Shown piece after piece: positions 49,935 through 59,530 of a stretch of 64,000 nucleotides of DNA. The notes beneath the pieces were generated by a model. That model was given only the letters and a program-made list of their open reading frames with translations. It was not told the DNA's origin and made no database searches. The position numbers and the translations under genes were made by a program. Position 1 is the first letter of the stretch, and every line of letters begins with the position of its first letter. The stretch spans positions 3,109 through 67,108 of the forward strand of contig JAJNQB010000016.1 in assembly GCA_021155045.1 (NCBI GenBank), in the 5' to 3' direction. The DNA comes from Arcticibacter sp. (lineage in GTDB: Bacteria > Bacteroidota > Bacteroidia > 2-12-FULL-35-15).

Positions 49935-51350
49935 ATGAGCAGCGATGACTTTAACGAAGAACCTTCTGGAGGAGCAAGATTAGCCTTAATACTTGTTGAT
50001 AAATTTGAGGAGATGATTGCCAACGATAAGCAATATTATTTCGAGGCAGAGGAGTTGGAATTAATTATTGAATATTATATCGAAAAAAACAATTCGAAAA
50101 AATCATTACAGGCTATTGAATTTTCAATAGGTCAATATCCTTTTTCTACTGTATTCTTTTTAAGAAAAGCACAAATATTAGCAGCAATAAATCAAACAAA
50201 AAAAGCTTTAGAAATATTGTCTTTTGTTGAAAGTATGGAGCCTTCAAATACTGAACTTTACATGACAAAAGGAAGTATTTATAGCCAAATGGGATTGACA
50301 GAGCAAGCAATAGAAAATTATAAAAAAGCTGCTGAAACAGCCGAAGAAATTGATGAAATTTATTTGGCAATGGCTTTTGAATTTGAAAATACAGGTAAGT
50401 TTGATGATGCTATTTTTTACCTAAAAAAAGCAATTGAAGATAACCCAGAAAATGAAGCAGCACTTTATGAATTGGCATTTTGTTTTGAACTAAATAATCA
50501 ATCAGAAGAAAGTGTAAAATATTATACTGAATTTGTTGATAAACATCCTTATACCGCCACAGCATGGTTTAATTTAGGAGTTTCTTATAATCGGTTGGGT
50601 ATGTTTGAAAAAGCGATTGATGCTTACGATTATGCAACAGCTATCAATGATGATTTTGCTTCTGCTTATTTTAACAAAGCAAATTCATTAGCAAATTTGA
50701 ATAGGATAGATGAAGCTATTGAGGTTTACAAACAAACATTAAACCTTGAAGAGCCTGATGCTGTTACGTTTTATTACATTGGTGAATGCTACGAAAAGAA
50801 AGAAGAGTTTGAAAATGCACTGCTTTATTACAACAAATCAACATCCGTTAACCCTCAATTAGCAGATGCTTGGCTTGGGATAGGCATTGTTACCGATGCT
50901 TTGGGAAAAACAAATGAAGCGTTGCACTATGTTAAAAAAGCGATTGAAATAGATAAAACAAATTCTGAATATTGGTATATCTGCGGGGAGTTGTACCATA
51001 GGGTTGGTTTTTTTGAGGATGCAGAAGTTGCATTTAAAAAGGTTATTGAGCTCGATCCTGATAATTCAGAAATTTGGTTGGATTATGCCAATTTACTTTT
51101 TGAACAAGAAGATAAAAATGGTTCATTGGAAGTATTAGCAGAAGGAATAAAATACCATCCTCAAAATGCGCCATTGCTTTATCGTATGTCTGCCTGCTTA
51201 ATGAGCATTGGTCAAAAACAAGAAGCATTAGGTTTTTTGCAAAATGCTTTGTCGATAGATTATGAAAAACACGGAGAACTTTTTGAATATATCCCTGATT
51301 TAAAGGAAAATAGAAGTATTACTGAGCTTATTGAATTATATAAAAAATAG
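49935..51350 (+). CDS. tetratricopeptide repeat protein
   Basis: 471 aa with at least 8 TPR-like 34-aa units (A..Y......A.....P-type periodicity throughout). Confidence 0.7.
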   Translation: MSSDDFNEEPSGGARLALILVDKFEEMIANDKQYYFEAEELELIIEYYIEKNNSKKSLQAIEFSIGQYPFSTVFFLRKAQILAAINQTKKALEILSFVESMEPSNTELYMTKGSIYSQMGLTEQAIENYKKAAETAEEIDEIYLAMAFEFENTGKFDDAIFYLKKAIEDNPENEAALYELAFCFELNNQSEESVKYYTEFVDKHPYTATAWFNLGVSYNRLGMFEKAIDAYDYATAINDDFASAYFNKANSLANLNRIDEAIEVYKQTLNLEEPDAVTFYYIGECYEKKEEFENALLYYNKSTSVNPQLADAWLGIGIVTDALGKTNEALHYVKKAIEIDKTNSEYWYICGELYHRVGFFEDAEVAFKKVIELDPDNSEIWLDYANLLFEQEDKNGSLEVLAEGIKYHPQNAPLLYRMSACLMSIGQKQEALGFLQNALSIDYEKHGELFEYIPDLKENRSITELIELYKK

Positions 51351-51351
51351 T

Positions 51352-52137
51352 ATGAATTATCATTTACCACACATGCCGGACAGATCGGCAAAACCCAGAA
51401 ATAATGGTTTAACAATGATGATGGATAAGGGTTTAAGTTTACGTCAAGCCGAAGATTTTTTATCAGTAAGCGGAAATTATACCGATTTAATAAAACTAGG
51501 TTTTGGTACTTCATATATTACACCTCATCTCGAAGAAAAAATTAAGCTTTACCACCAAGCAGGAATGAAAGTTTATTTAGGAGGAACATTATTTGAAGCA
51601 TTCATTATCCGAAATATGTTTGATGATTACAGAAAATTATTAGATAAATTAAAGTTGGACTGTGCCGAAGTTTCTGATGGTTCTATAGAAATGCCACATG
51701 ATAAAAAGTGTGAATACATAAACATTTTGTCGAAAGACAGAACTGTACTGTCTGAAGTAGGGTCTAAAGAAGCGGGTATTATTATCCATCCAGCTATGTG
51801 GACATCCATGATGAACAAAGAGTTACAAGCAGGTTCTTGGAAAGTGATTGCAGAAGCAAGAGAAAGTGGTAATGTAGGTATTTATCGTTCAAATGGAAAT
51901 GCACATACACTTCTTATTAATAAAATATTGGCTAAAGTAAAAAAAGAAGATATACTTTGGGAAGCACCACAAAAAGGGCAACAAGTATGGTTTTTGAAAT
52001 TATTAGGTCATAATGCTAATTTAGGAAATATAGCTTATGATGATGTAATACCTTTAGAAACATTACGACTGGGGCTTAGAGGAGATACTTTTTTTAGTCA
52101 TTTACCAGCTGATTTAAAACAAAATCAAGAAGCATAG
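51352..52137 (+). CDS. comA: (2R)-phospho-3-sulfolactate synthase (ComA family)
   Basis: Matches the ComA/PSL synthase family over its full length (KPRNNGLTMMMDKGLS, DLIKLGFGTSY, KVYLGGTLFE). The ORF-track start 51331 is TTG and overlaps the upstream TPR gene; ATG at 51352 is preferred. Confidence 0.75.
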   Translation: MNYHLPHMPDRSAKPRNNGLTMMMDKGLSLRQAEDFLSVSGNYTDLIKLGFGTSYITPHLEEKIKLYHQAGMKVYLGGTLFEAFIIRNMFDDYRKLLDKLKLDCAEVSDGSIEMPHDKKCEYINILSKDRTVLSEVGSKEAGIIIHPAMWTSMMNKELQAGSWKVIAEARESGNVGIYRSNGNAHTLLINKILAKVKKEDILWEAPQKGQQVWFLKLLGHNANLGNIAYDDVIPLETLRLGLRGDTFFSHLPADLKQNQEA

Positions 52138-52163
52138 CTATAACAGAATATAATACAAAAAAC

Positions 52164-52478
52164 ATGAAAGAGATAACCGTTGCAGAACTAAAAAAATTAA
52201 GAGATGAAAAAGCAGATTATCAATTGCTTGATGTAAGAGAAGAGCATGAATTAGAGATTTGTGAAATAGGAGGGTTACACATCCCTATGGGAGACATAAT
52301 GGATAATTTAGATAAAATTTCAAAAGACAAACAAGTGGTAGTGCATTGCAGAAGTGGTGCACGATCTGGTGCCATTTGTCAGGCATTGGAAGCGCAAGGA
52401 TATACGAATGTATATAATTTAAAAGGTGGAATTATTGCTTGGGCAAACGAAATAGACCCCTCTTTAAATAAATATTAG
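52164..52478 (+). CDS. rhodanese-like domain protein (sulfurtransferase)
   Basis: 104 aa single rhodanese domain with active-site loop CRSGARS (VVVHCRSGARSG). Confidence 0.8.
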   Translation: MKEITVAELKKLRDEKADYQLLDVREEHELEICEIGGLHIPMGDIMDNLDKISKDKQVVVHCRSGARSGAICQALEAQGYTNVYNLKGGIIAWANEIDPSLNKY

Positions 52479-52524
52479 GTTTTATAATTTTTAAACTTAA
52501 TTCTCATTTTAACTTTTATTATTA

Positions 52525-53157
52525 ATGATTGAACTTTTTAAGCATATCTTACACCTTGATTTTGAATGGCTATTCAGTAATTATGGTACTGCCGTTTATT
52601 TGATTTTATTTCTTGTGATTTTTATAGAAACAGGATTAGTTATAATGCCTTTTTTACCAGGCGATTCTCTGTTGTTTACCGCTGGCTTATTTGCTCGTTT
52701 AGGATATTTGAATTTGTCTTACTTACTTATATTGTTGTTTATTGCCGCTGTTGTTGGTGATAATACAAATTATTGGGTGGGACGAAAAATTGGTTTAAAA
52801 GTATTACACTTAAAAATAAGGGGTAAAAATATTGTAAGGCAGGAATATCTTGATAAAACACATTCTTTTTTTGAGAAGCACGGACCAAAAACAATTATTA
52901 TGGCTCGATTTGTTCCAATTGTAAGAACTTTTGCTCCATTTGTTGCTGGAATAGCAGAAATGAAATACAGAAAGTTTTTATCATTCGATATTTTAGGAGG
53001 AGTAATATGGATTGGTTCGCTACTATTTGCTGGTTATTTTTTAGGAGAAATTCCTTGGATTAGAAAAAACATAGAACTGGTAGCTTTAGGCATCATCTTT
53101 ATTTCAGTTTTGCCAATTATTTTTCAAGTTCTAAAAGCCAAAATGGCAAAAAAATAA
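52525..53157 (+). CDS. DedA family (SNARE-associated) membrane protein
   Basis: DedA signature region (PGDSLLFTAG, ARFVPIVRTFAPFVAG). 210 aa. Confidence 0.8.
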   Translation: MIELFKHILHLDFEWLFSNYGTAVYLILFLVIFIETGLVIMPFLPGDSLLFTAGLFARLGYLNLSYLLILLFIAAVVGDNTNYWVGRKIGLKVLHLKIRGKNIVRQEYLDKTHSFFEKHGPKTIIMARFVPIVRTFAPFVAGIAEMKYRKFLSFDILGGVIWIGSLLFAGYFLGEIPWIRKNIELVALGIIFISVLPIIFQVLKAKMAKK

Positions 53158-53175
53158 TCGAATAATTACCGATTA

Positions 53176-53937
53176 ATGACTAAAATTCTTGGTTTAATAG
53201 GTTATCCTTTATCACATTCATTTTCTAAAAAATATTTTACAGAAAAATTTGAAAATGAATTAATTAAAGGGTTTATTTATAATAATTATTCAATTGAAAA
53301 GATTGAGTTTTTAAAATCAGTAATTGAGGAAAACCCAACCTTGATTGGATTAAATGTAACTATACCTTACAAACAAACCATCATTCCTTTTTTAGACGAA
53401 CTAGATACCTCAGCAAAAGAAGTTGGGGCGGTAAATTGTGTGAAAATTAAAAGAATAGATGCTGCTATTTATACGATAGGTTTTAATACCGATGTTATTG
53501 GCTTTAAACAATCCATAAAACCTTTTTTAGAGTTTCAGCACGAAAAAGCATTGATTCTTGGAACAGGAGGCGCTTCCAAAGCCGTGTATTATGTATTGAA
53601 AAATATTGGTATTGATTGCTATTTCGTAACAAGAAAAAAAGAAACAAACAACTCAAATGTATTCACTTACGATGATTTGAATGAAAATATATTAAATGCA
53701 TTTAAGCTAATCGTGAACACAACACCACTTGGAACATATCCAAATGTGGAAGAATACCCGAATATTCCTTATTCCATGATAAGCACCAATCATTTATTGT
53801 ATGATTTGGTATATAATCCATCTGAAACAGCGTTTTTAAGGAAAGGGAAACAACAAGGCGCATCCATTGTAAATGGAATGTCTATGCTTAAAATTCAGGC
53901 AGAAGAAGCATGGCGCATTTGGAATGCCACTTTTTAA
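53176..53937 (+). CDS. aroE: shikimate dehydrogenase
   Basis: N-terminal substrate-binding signature LGLIGYPLSHSFS and NVTIPYK. GTGGASKAV NADP-binding loop. Confidence 0.8.
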   Translation: MTKILGLIGYPLSHSFSKKYFTEKFENELIKGFIYNNYSIEKIEFLKSVIEENPTLIGLNVTIPYKQTIIPFLDELDTSAKEVGAVNCVKIKRIDAAIYTIGFNTDVIGFKQSIKPFLEFQHEKALILGTGGASKAVYYVLKNIGIDCYFVTRKKETNNSNVFTYDDLNENILNAFKLIVNTTPLGTYPNVEEYPNIPYSMISTNHLLYDLVYNPSETAFLRKGKQQGASIVNGMSMLKIQAEEAWRIWNATF

Positions 53938-53960
53938 ATAAAGGAAAGCCTATTAAGTCC

Positions 53961-54043
53961 AGTTTTAAAAATTAACATTTCAACTCCCCTCTATTGAGAG
54001 GGGCAAGGGGTGTGTTATTGAAAAAAACATTATTTTTAGAACT
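53961..54043. repeat. MITE-like palindromic intergenic element, copy C (83 bp)
   Basis: agttttaaaaat...atttttagaact TIRs. A perfect internal hairpin ccCCTCTattgAGAGGgg. Lies 23 nt after the aroE stop. Confidence 0.65.
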
Positions 54044-54181
54044 GGGCTTAATTCAAAATTCTTATTTCATTTGTTCTATTGTGCTTTCTTTCCACTTTGT
54101 TGTTAATACTTTGTTCTTAATATTAAAAATATATATATTCGCCAACTATTAAATTAAAATTAGGAATTAAAAAAATAATTT

Positions 54182-55900
54182 ATGTCAGAAATTAAACAAT
54201 CACACCCAAAAGGATTATACGTTTTATTTGTAACCGAAATGTGGGAACGTTTCAGCTACTACGGTATGAGAGCAATATTTGTATTGTTCTTGACAAAAGC
54301 TTTAATGTACGATAAAGCATTTGGAAGTGAAATCTATGGAAGTTATACGGGTTTGGTTTATTTAACTCCATTGATTGGCGGTTATATGGCTGACAGATAC
54401 TGGGGAAATAGAAAGTCTATCATAATAGGAGGTGTTTTGATGGCTATCGGACAGTTTTTTATGTTCATGAGTGGTTCATTATTTGAAAACTTAGATTTGG
54501 CTAGAATAATGATGATGATTGGTCTAACTTCTCTTATTGTTGGTAATGGTTTTTTTAAGCCAAATATTTCTACAATGGTAGGTCAATTATATCCAAAAGG
54601 CGATAAAAGAATAGATTCTGCTTTTACTATATTCTACATGGGAATTAACTTGGGTGCATTTTTTGCCCCTCTTGTATGTGGTTTCTTAGGAGATACAGGT
54701 AAGCCAGAAGATTTTAAATGGGGTTTTTTAGCTGCTGGTGTTGGAATGATTTGCAGTTTAATTTTATTTATTTCACTTAAAGATAAATATATTGTTACTC
54801 CTGAAGGGGAACCTATTGGTGGAAAACCGAATAAAAAAATAGAAACTTCTGATATAGATACCATTGCAGAAGCAAAATCTGAATTTACTACCGCTCAAAT
54901 TTTATTATGGTTAGGAATAGAAATTGGTTTGTTTGCTTTGTTCTTTTTCTTAGAGCAAGGTGTAATTGGTGCATTTATTTTTTCACTTTCAATTGCCGCA
55001 CCAGGATTTATTCTTTCAGATAAAAGTTTAACTAAAATTGAAAAACAACGAATTTGGGTTATTTATATTGTTGCATTTTTCGTTATTTTCTTTTGGGCAG
55101 CATTTGAGCAAGCAGGGGCTTCTCTTACTTTTTTTGCGGAAGAACAAACTAATAGATATTTATTTGGGTCAGAAATACCAGCAAGTTATTTTCAGTCGAT
55201 AAATGCAGTTGCCATTGTAATTTTTGCTTCTGCTTTTGTTGCTTTATGGACTTTTCTTGGCAAGAGAGGGAAAGAGCCAGCGTCACCATATAAACAATCA
55301 ATAGGTTTGCTATTGTTGGCTTTAGGTTATTTAGTAATAGCATTTGGAGTAAAAGGTGTTGATGCATCTACAAAAGTTAGTATGGTGTGGTTAGTTAGTT
55401 TATACCTAATTCATACTTTTGGTGAATTATGCCTATCGCCAATAGGGTTATCAATGGTTAATAAATTAGCTCCAGTTAAATTCGCATCACTTTTAATGGG
55501 AGTATGGTTTTTATCAACCGCTTCAGCTAATAAATTTGCTGGTACACTAAGTTCATTTTACCCAGAAACGATGGTTAAAGTTGAATTAGTGGAAGCTCAA
55601 CAAACAGCAAATAATATAACTCTTTGCAGTAAACTTGATAAAGCAGAAGAGATTAATGGTGTTAAATACGTTAGTATAGATTTAGTTTCATTTGCAGAAG
55701 CTACTTCAAAAGAACAAAAAACAGAATTGGTTAAAAGCATATTTGTTGATTCAGTAGTAAAAGAAAAATCATTTATGGGTTACAATATTAATAGCTTATA
55801 TGCATTTTTTATGCTTTTTGTTGTTATGGCTGGAGTAGCATCGGTTATTTTATTCTTCTTATCTAAAAAATTAATTCAAATGATGAATGGTGTAAGATAA
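54182..55900 (+). CDS. POT/PTR2 family proton-dependent oligopeptide transporter (DtpT-like)
   Basis: N-terminal PTR2 signature ERFSYYGMRAIFVLFL. 572 aa with 14 TM helices. Confidence 0.85.
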   Translation: MSEIKQSHPKGLYVLFVTEMWERFSYYGMRAIFVLFLTKALMYDKAFGSEIYGSYTGLVYLTPLIGGYMADRYWGNRKSIIIGGVLMAIGQFFMFMSGSLFENLDLARIMMMIGLTSLIVGNGFFKPNISTMVGQLYPKGDKRIDSAFTIFYMGINLGAFFAPLVCGFLGDTGKPEDFKWGFLAAGVGMICSLILFISLKDKYIVTPEGEPIGGKPNKKIETSDIDTIAEAKSEFTTAQILLWLGIEIGLFALFFFLEQGVIGAFIFSLSIAAPGFILSDKSLTKIEKQRIWVIYIVAFFVIFFWAAFEQAGASLTFFAEEQTNRYLFGSEIPASYFQSINAVAIVIFASAFVALWTFLGKRGKEPASPYKQSIGLLLLALGYLVIAFGVKGVDASTKVSMVWLVSLYLIHTFGELCLSPIGLSMVNKLAPVKFASLLMGVWFLSTASANKFAGTLSSFYPETMVKVELVEAQQTANNITLCSKLDKAEEINGVKYVSIDLVSFAEATSKEQKTELVKSIFVDSVVKEKSFMGYNINSLYAFFMLFVVMAGVASVILFFLSKKLIQMMNGVR

Positions 55901-55927
55901 GTTCCTTTTCATTCAAATCTTAAAAAA

Positions 55928-55958
55928 GCCAAACATTGTTAAAGTGTTTGGCTTTTTT
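55928..55958 (+). terminator. rho-independent terminator after the POT transporter gene
   Basis: gccaaaca-ttgttaaag-tgtttggc perfect 8 bp stem followed by tttttt. Confidence 0.65.
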
Positions 55959-56022
55959 ATTTAAACCCAAATTATACCATTTGAAATTTTCAGATGAATT
56001 TTGTACATTTACTTGTCGAAAA

Positions 56023-56592
56023 ATGTTTAAAATGATTAAAAAAGGAATATTTGCATTAATAATAGCTTCAATTGTAGTTGTTGCACAAAGCTTCATCTCA
56101 AATTCAAATAACAGTAACGAAATCAGTCCAGTAAAATGGTATTCATTTTCAGAGGCTGTGGAATTAGCAAAAAAGTCTCCCAGACCAATTATGGTTGATG
56201 TTTATACTCAATGGTGTGGACCATGCAAAATGATGAGTAAAAACACTTTTGGTAATGCATCTATTGCAAAATACTTAAATGAAAACTTTTACTGTGTTAA
56301 ATTTGATGCAGAAACGTATGATAGTGTATCGTTTAATGGCTATGTGTTTAAAAACAACAATCCAGTAGGCACACAACGACCTGTTCATGATTTTGCTAAT
56401 TCTATTTTGGAAGGAAAATTATCTTATCCTTCCATTGTATTTTTAAACGACCAAATTCAACGATTACAAGTTGTGGTTGGATATTATCAACCGGAGCCAT
56501 TTGAGCCTATTATGAAGTTTTTCGGTAGCGGAAAATATAAAGACACAAAGTGGGAAGATTTTGAAAAAACATTTGTTTCAGAATTAAAATAA
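56023..56592 (+). CDS. secreted thioredoxin-fold protein (DUF255-like)
   Basis: WCGPC thioredoxin active site (YTQWCGPCKMM) after a signal peptide. The ORF-track start 55936 is TTG and its 5' extension overlaps the terminator hairpin; ATG at 56023 (or 56032) is preferred. Confidence 0.75.
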   Translation: MFKMIKKGIFALIIASIVVVAQSFISNSNNSNEISPVKWYSFSEAVELAKKSPRPIMVDVYTQWCGPCKMMSKNTFGNASIAKYLNENFYCVKFDAETYDSVSFNGYVFKNNNPVGTQRPVHDFANSILEGKLSYPSIVFLNDQIQRLQVVVGYYQPEPFEPIMKFFGSGKYKDTKWEDFEKTFVSELK

Positions 56593-56655
56593 AAGAAACC
56601 TTAAAAGAGATTAAACGTATTAGCAAACCAAAGTCTTATAATCGCCCCATCATTT

Positions 56656-57048
56656 ATGACAACAAAAGTTGAAATCATGAATTTGAAAGAAAAAATTCTT
56701 CAAGTACTAGAAATGAAAAAGTTTACGTATGTCGATTTGGCTTCGTATCTTAATATTTCGGAAAAAGATTTAGATTTTGCACTCGAAAACAATACCCTCG
56801 AAATTAGAACATTGGAGCTTATTTCTAAAGAATTGAGAATTCCATTGTATAGTTTCTTTCGCGAAAATTTTGATGGATTTAATTTTGACCAAGAACCATT
56901 TTATAATGTAAATATTTGGAGTAAGGAAGAAGCTAAGTTTACACTTGAATTAAAATCTTTAAAGCAAGAAATTGAATCATTAAGGGCTGAATTACGCCAA
57001 AAAGATTTATTGATTGATGCATTAGAATCTCAGATAGAGAAAGGATAA
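56656..57048 (+). CDS. hypothetical HTH-domain protein with C-terminal coiled coil
   Basis: The N-terminal approx 60 aa resemble an XRE-type HTH (FTYVDLASYLNISEKDL). The C-terminal heptad-rich region is LKSLKQEIESLRAELRQKDLLIDALESQI. Confidence 0.45.
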   Translation: MTTKVEIMNLKEKILQVLEMKKFTYVDLASYLNISEKDLDFALENNTLEIRTLELISKELRIPLYSFFRENFDGFNFDQEPFYNVNIWSKEEAKFTLELKSLKQEIESLRAELRQKDLLIDALESQIEKG

Positions 57049-57094
57049 ATGATTAGGTTACGAATATTAATATTCTTTCCTAAGCCACAGATAT

Positions 57095-59530
57095 ATGACA
57101 AACGAAGAAAAAATTAACCTGATAGGGAAGAAAATTCTTCTGCTGTCGAGTAATCTTGAAAAATATCAAACGGAGCTGAATCAGCTCAAATACGAGCTTC
57201 AGCAACTTCAACAAAAAACTACTATTGTTCAACCAAAGCAGGAAGTTAAGCCTGTTTTACCGGTTATTGAAAAGAAAGAAGAAGTAAAGGTTGAGGTGAA
57301 AGAAGAACCAGTAATTGCAAAACCAATAATTCAGGAAGCCCCATTTCAAAAGCCTATTCCTGTTTTTGAAACGCCTAAAACACAATCATCTGATTTTAAT
57401 TTTGAAGAGTTTATTGGAGCTAAATTAATTACCATTATTGGTATTGCTGTTTTGGTAATAGGCTTAGGAATAGGGGTGAAGTATGCTATCGACCAAGATT
57501 TAATTACTCCTTTAACGAGAATCATATTAGCGTATTTGGCGGGTGGAATTATTTTAGCTTTAGCTCTCAAATTAAAAGAAAAATTTAAAACCTTTAGCGC
57601 TGTGTTGCTGAGTGGAGGTATGGCTTCGTTATACTTTACCACATTTGCTGCTTATAGTATGTATTCGTTATTCCCTCAGCTGGTTGCTTTTGGAATTATG
57701 TTAATTTTTACTGTATTTACTGTATATGCAGCAACAGTGTATGCGCTCGAAATTATTGGAATAATCGGTTTGGTAGGAGCTTATTTTGTTCCTGTTTTAT
57801 TGAGTGATGGCACAGGAAAAATAGAAATCATGTTTTCTTATATGTCAATCATCAATATTGGAATTTTAGTTCTTTCGTTTAAAAAATATTGGAAAATTCT
57901 TAATCACTTTTCATTTGGTTTAACCTGGATAATATATAGTTCATGGTATTTAGATAAATACGATTATGAAAAGCATATTGCGTTTGCTCTAGCATTTGCT
58001 TTTGTGTTTTTCTGTATTTTTTATATCAGTACCATGGCTTATAAAATATTAAAACAAGAAAAATTTGATGCAGTAGATATCATACGAATTGCTACAAACA
58101 GTTTTATTTTCTTTGGTTTGGGGTATGCATCACTCAATAATCCATATTGTGAAAATTATTTAGGTTTATTCACAGTATTTAATGCCTTGATTCATTTAAT
58201 ATTCAGTTATGTTGTTTTTAGAAATAAACTGCTCGACCGAAAATTATTTTATTTTTTAATTGCCCTTGTATTAACTTTTGTAACCATTGCTGTTCCTGTT
58301 CAATTAGAAGGCAATTGGGTTACTTTATTTTGGAGTGCCGAGGCTGTTTTATTATTTTATATTGGACGAAAAAAAGGAATTCGTTTTTACGAATGGATTT
58401 CATTTGCTATGATAGTGTTTGCTGTATTTAGTTTATGGCAAGACTGGGCTAAAAATTATAGTTCTTGGTTAGTGTATGACGAAAGTTTTAAGGACAGAAT
58501 AGCATTTATAAATATTAATTTTTTGTCTTCTATTTTCACAACACTTTCAGTTGCAGGTATTTTATTTTATCATTTCAAAAATAAAATTTCAGAAGAAATA
58601 GCAAAACAAAATACTATTTACAAGGTAGTAGAATACACGCTTTCGGTGCTGTTGTTTATCTTGACTTATACTAGTTTGAGCTCTGAAATAAATATGTTTT
58701 TTCAAATTAAATATCAAGCATCGCATATTGAAGTGCCTTCCTCTTATGCTTGGGCTGAGGCTGGAGCAAAAATGGATGTTTACGATGAAAGCTGGAATTA
58801 TTTAAAGAAAGTTTATTTAACAATTTACAATCTTCTGTTTTACATTGTTTTCACTGTTTTAGTTATTAGAAAACTAGATAATGTATTTGTACGTTGGGCA
58901 TCATTTACTTTAAATATGATGCTTGCTCTTATATTTATTTCTGCTTCATTAGACGATTTTTCTCATCTAAGATTTTATGCATTAAACAATGAGAATTTAA
59001 AATATTATTCATTGAGTAGTTCTGTTTTGTATTTAAGGTACATCTGTTTTGCGCTGGTTGCTTATCTTTTAGTGCTAACGTATAAACTTTTAAAAACAAA
59101 TACATTTCGAAATTATAGTCTATCAAAATTTTTTAATGGTTCTATCATCCATTTTTTCATTCTTATAATACTTTGTAGTGAGCTAATAAACATACATCAG
59201 CTGAATCTTGAAAGAGGAGAAAATATTTTTCATAGCACCAATGCCATCTATAAAATTGGTTTTACAGTTCTGTTTACTATTTATTCCTTTGCACTTATTG
59301 CTTTTGGAATATTTAAAAAGAACAGAATCATGCGTATTTCAGCAATTGTTTTATTTGGTATAACCTTATTAAAATTAGTAACATTCGACACTTGGAATTT
59401 ATCTACAGGATATAAAGTTATATGTTATATTTTACTAGGTGTTATACTATTGGTAGTTGCATTTTTATATCAAAAATTTAAAGTGCTTATTTTTGGTAAC
59501 GATGCAGAATTAAACAACAAAGAATCATAA
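57095..59530 (+). CDS. large polytopic membrane protein, DUF2339-like
   Basis: 811 aa. An N-terminal coiled-coil/Pro-Lys-rich spacer is followed by about 20 TM helices. The architecture and the adjacency to a DUF3999-like gene fit the DUF2339 family. Confidence 0.5.
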   Translation: MTNEEKINLIGKKILLLSSNLEKYQTELNQLKYELQQLQQKTTIVQPKQEVKPVLPVIEKKEEVKVEVKEEPVIAKPIIQEAPFQKPIPVFETPKTQSSDFNFEEFIGAKLITIIGIAVLVIGLGIGVKYAIDQDLITPLTRIILAYLAGGIILALALKLKEKFKTFSAVLLSGGMASLYFTTFAAYSMYSLFPQLVAFGIMLIFTVFTVYAATVYALEIIGIIGLVGAYFVPVLLSDGTGKIEIMFSYMSIINIGILVLSFKKYWKILNHFSFGLTWIIYSSWYLDKYDYEKHIAFALAFAFVFFCIFYISTMAYKILKQEKFDAVDIIRIATNSFIFFGLGYASLNNPYCENYLGLFTVFNALIHLIFSYVVFRNKLLDRKLFYFLIALVLTFVTIAVPVQLEGNWVTLFWSAEAVLLFYIGRKKGIRFYEWISFAMIVFAVFSLWQDWAKNYSSWLVYDESFKDRIAFININFLSSIFTTLSVAGILFYHFKNKISEEIAKQNTIYKVVEYTLSVLLFILTYTSLSSEINMFFQIKYQASHIEVPSSYAWAEAGAKMDVYDESWNYLKKVYLTIYNLLFYIVFTVLVIRKLDNVFVRWASFTLNMMLALIFISASLDDFSHLRFYALNNENLKYYSLSSSVLYLRYICFALVAYLLVLTYKLLKTNTFRNYSLSKFFNGSIIHFFILIILCSELINIHQLNLERGENIFHSTNAIYKIGFTVLFTIYSFALIAFGIFKKNRIMRISAIVLFGITLLKLVTFDTWNLSTGYKVICYILLGVILLVVAFLYQKFKVLIFGNDAELNNKES

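Noticed and set aside
57063-57076. 14 bp AT-rich palindrome GAATATTAATATTC between the HTH gene and the DUF2339-like gene, as an operator for the HTH protein
   Set aside because: AT-only palindromes of this length arise frequently by chance in a 35% GC genome. It lies downstream of the HTH gene rather than at a recognisable promoter.
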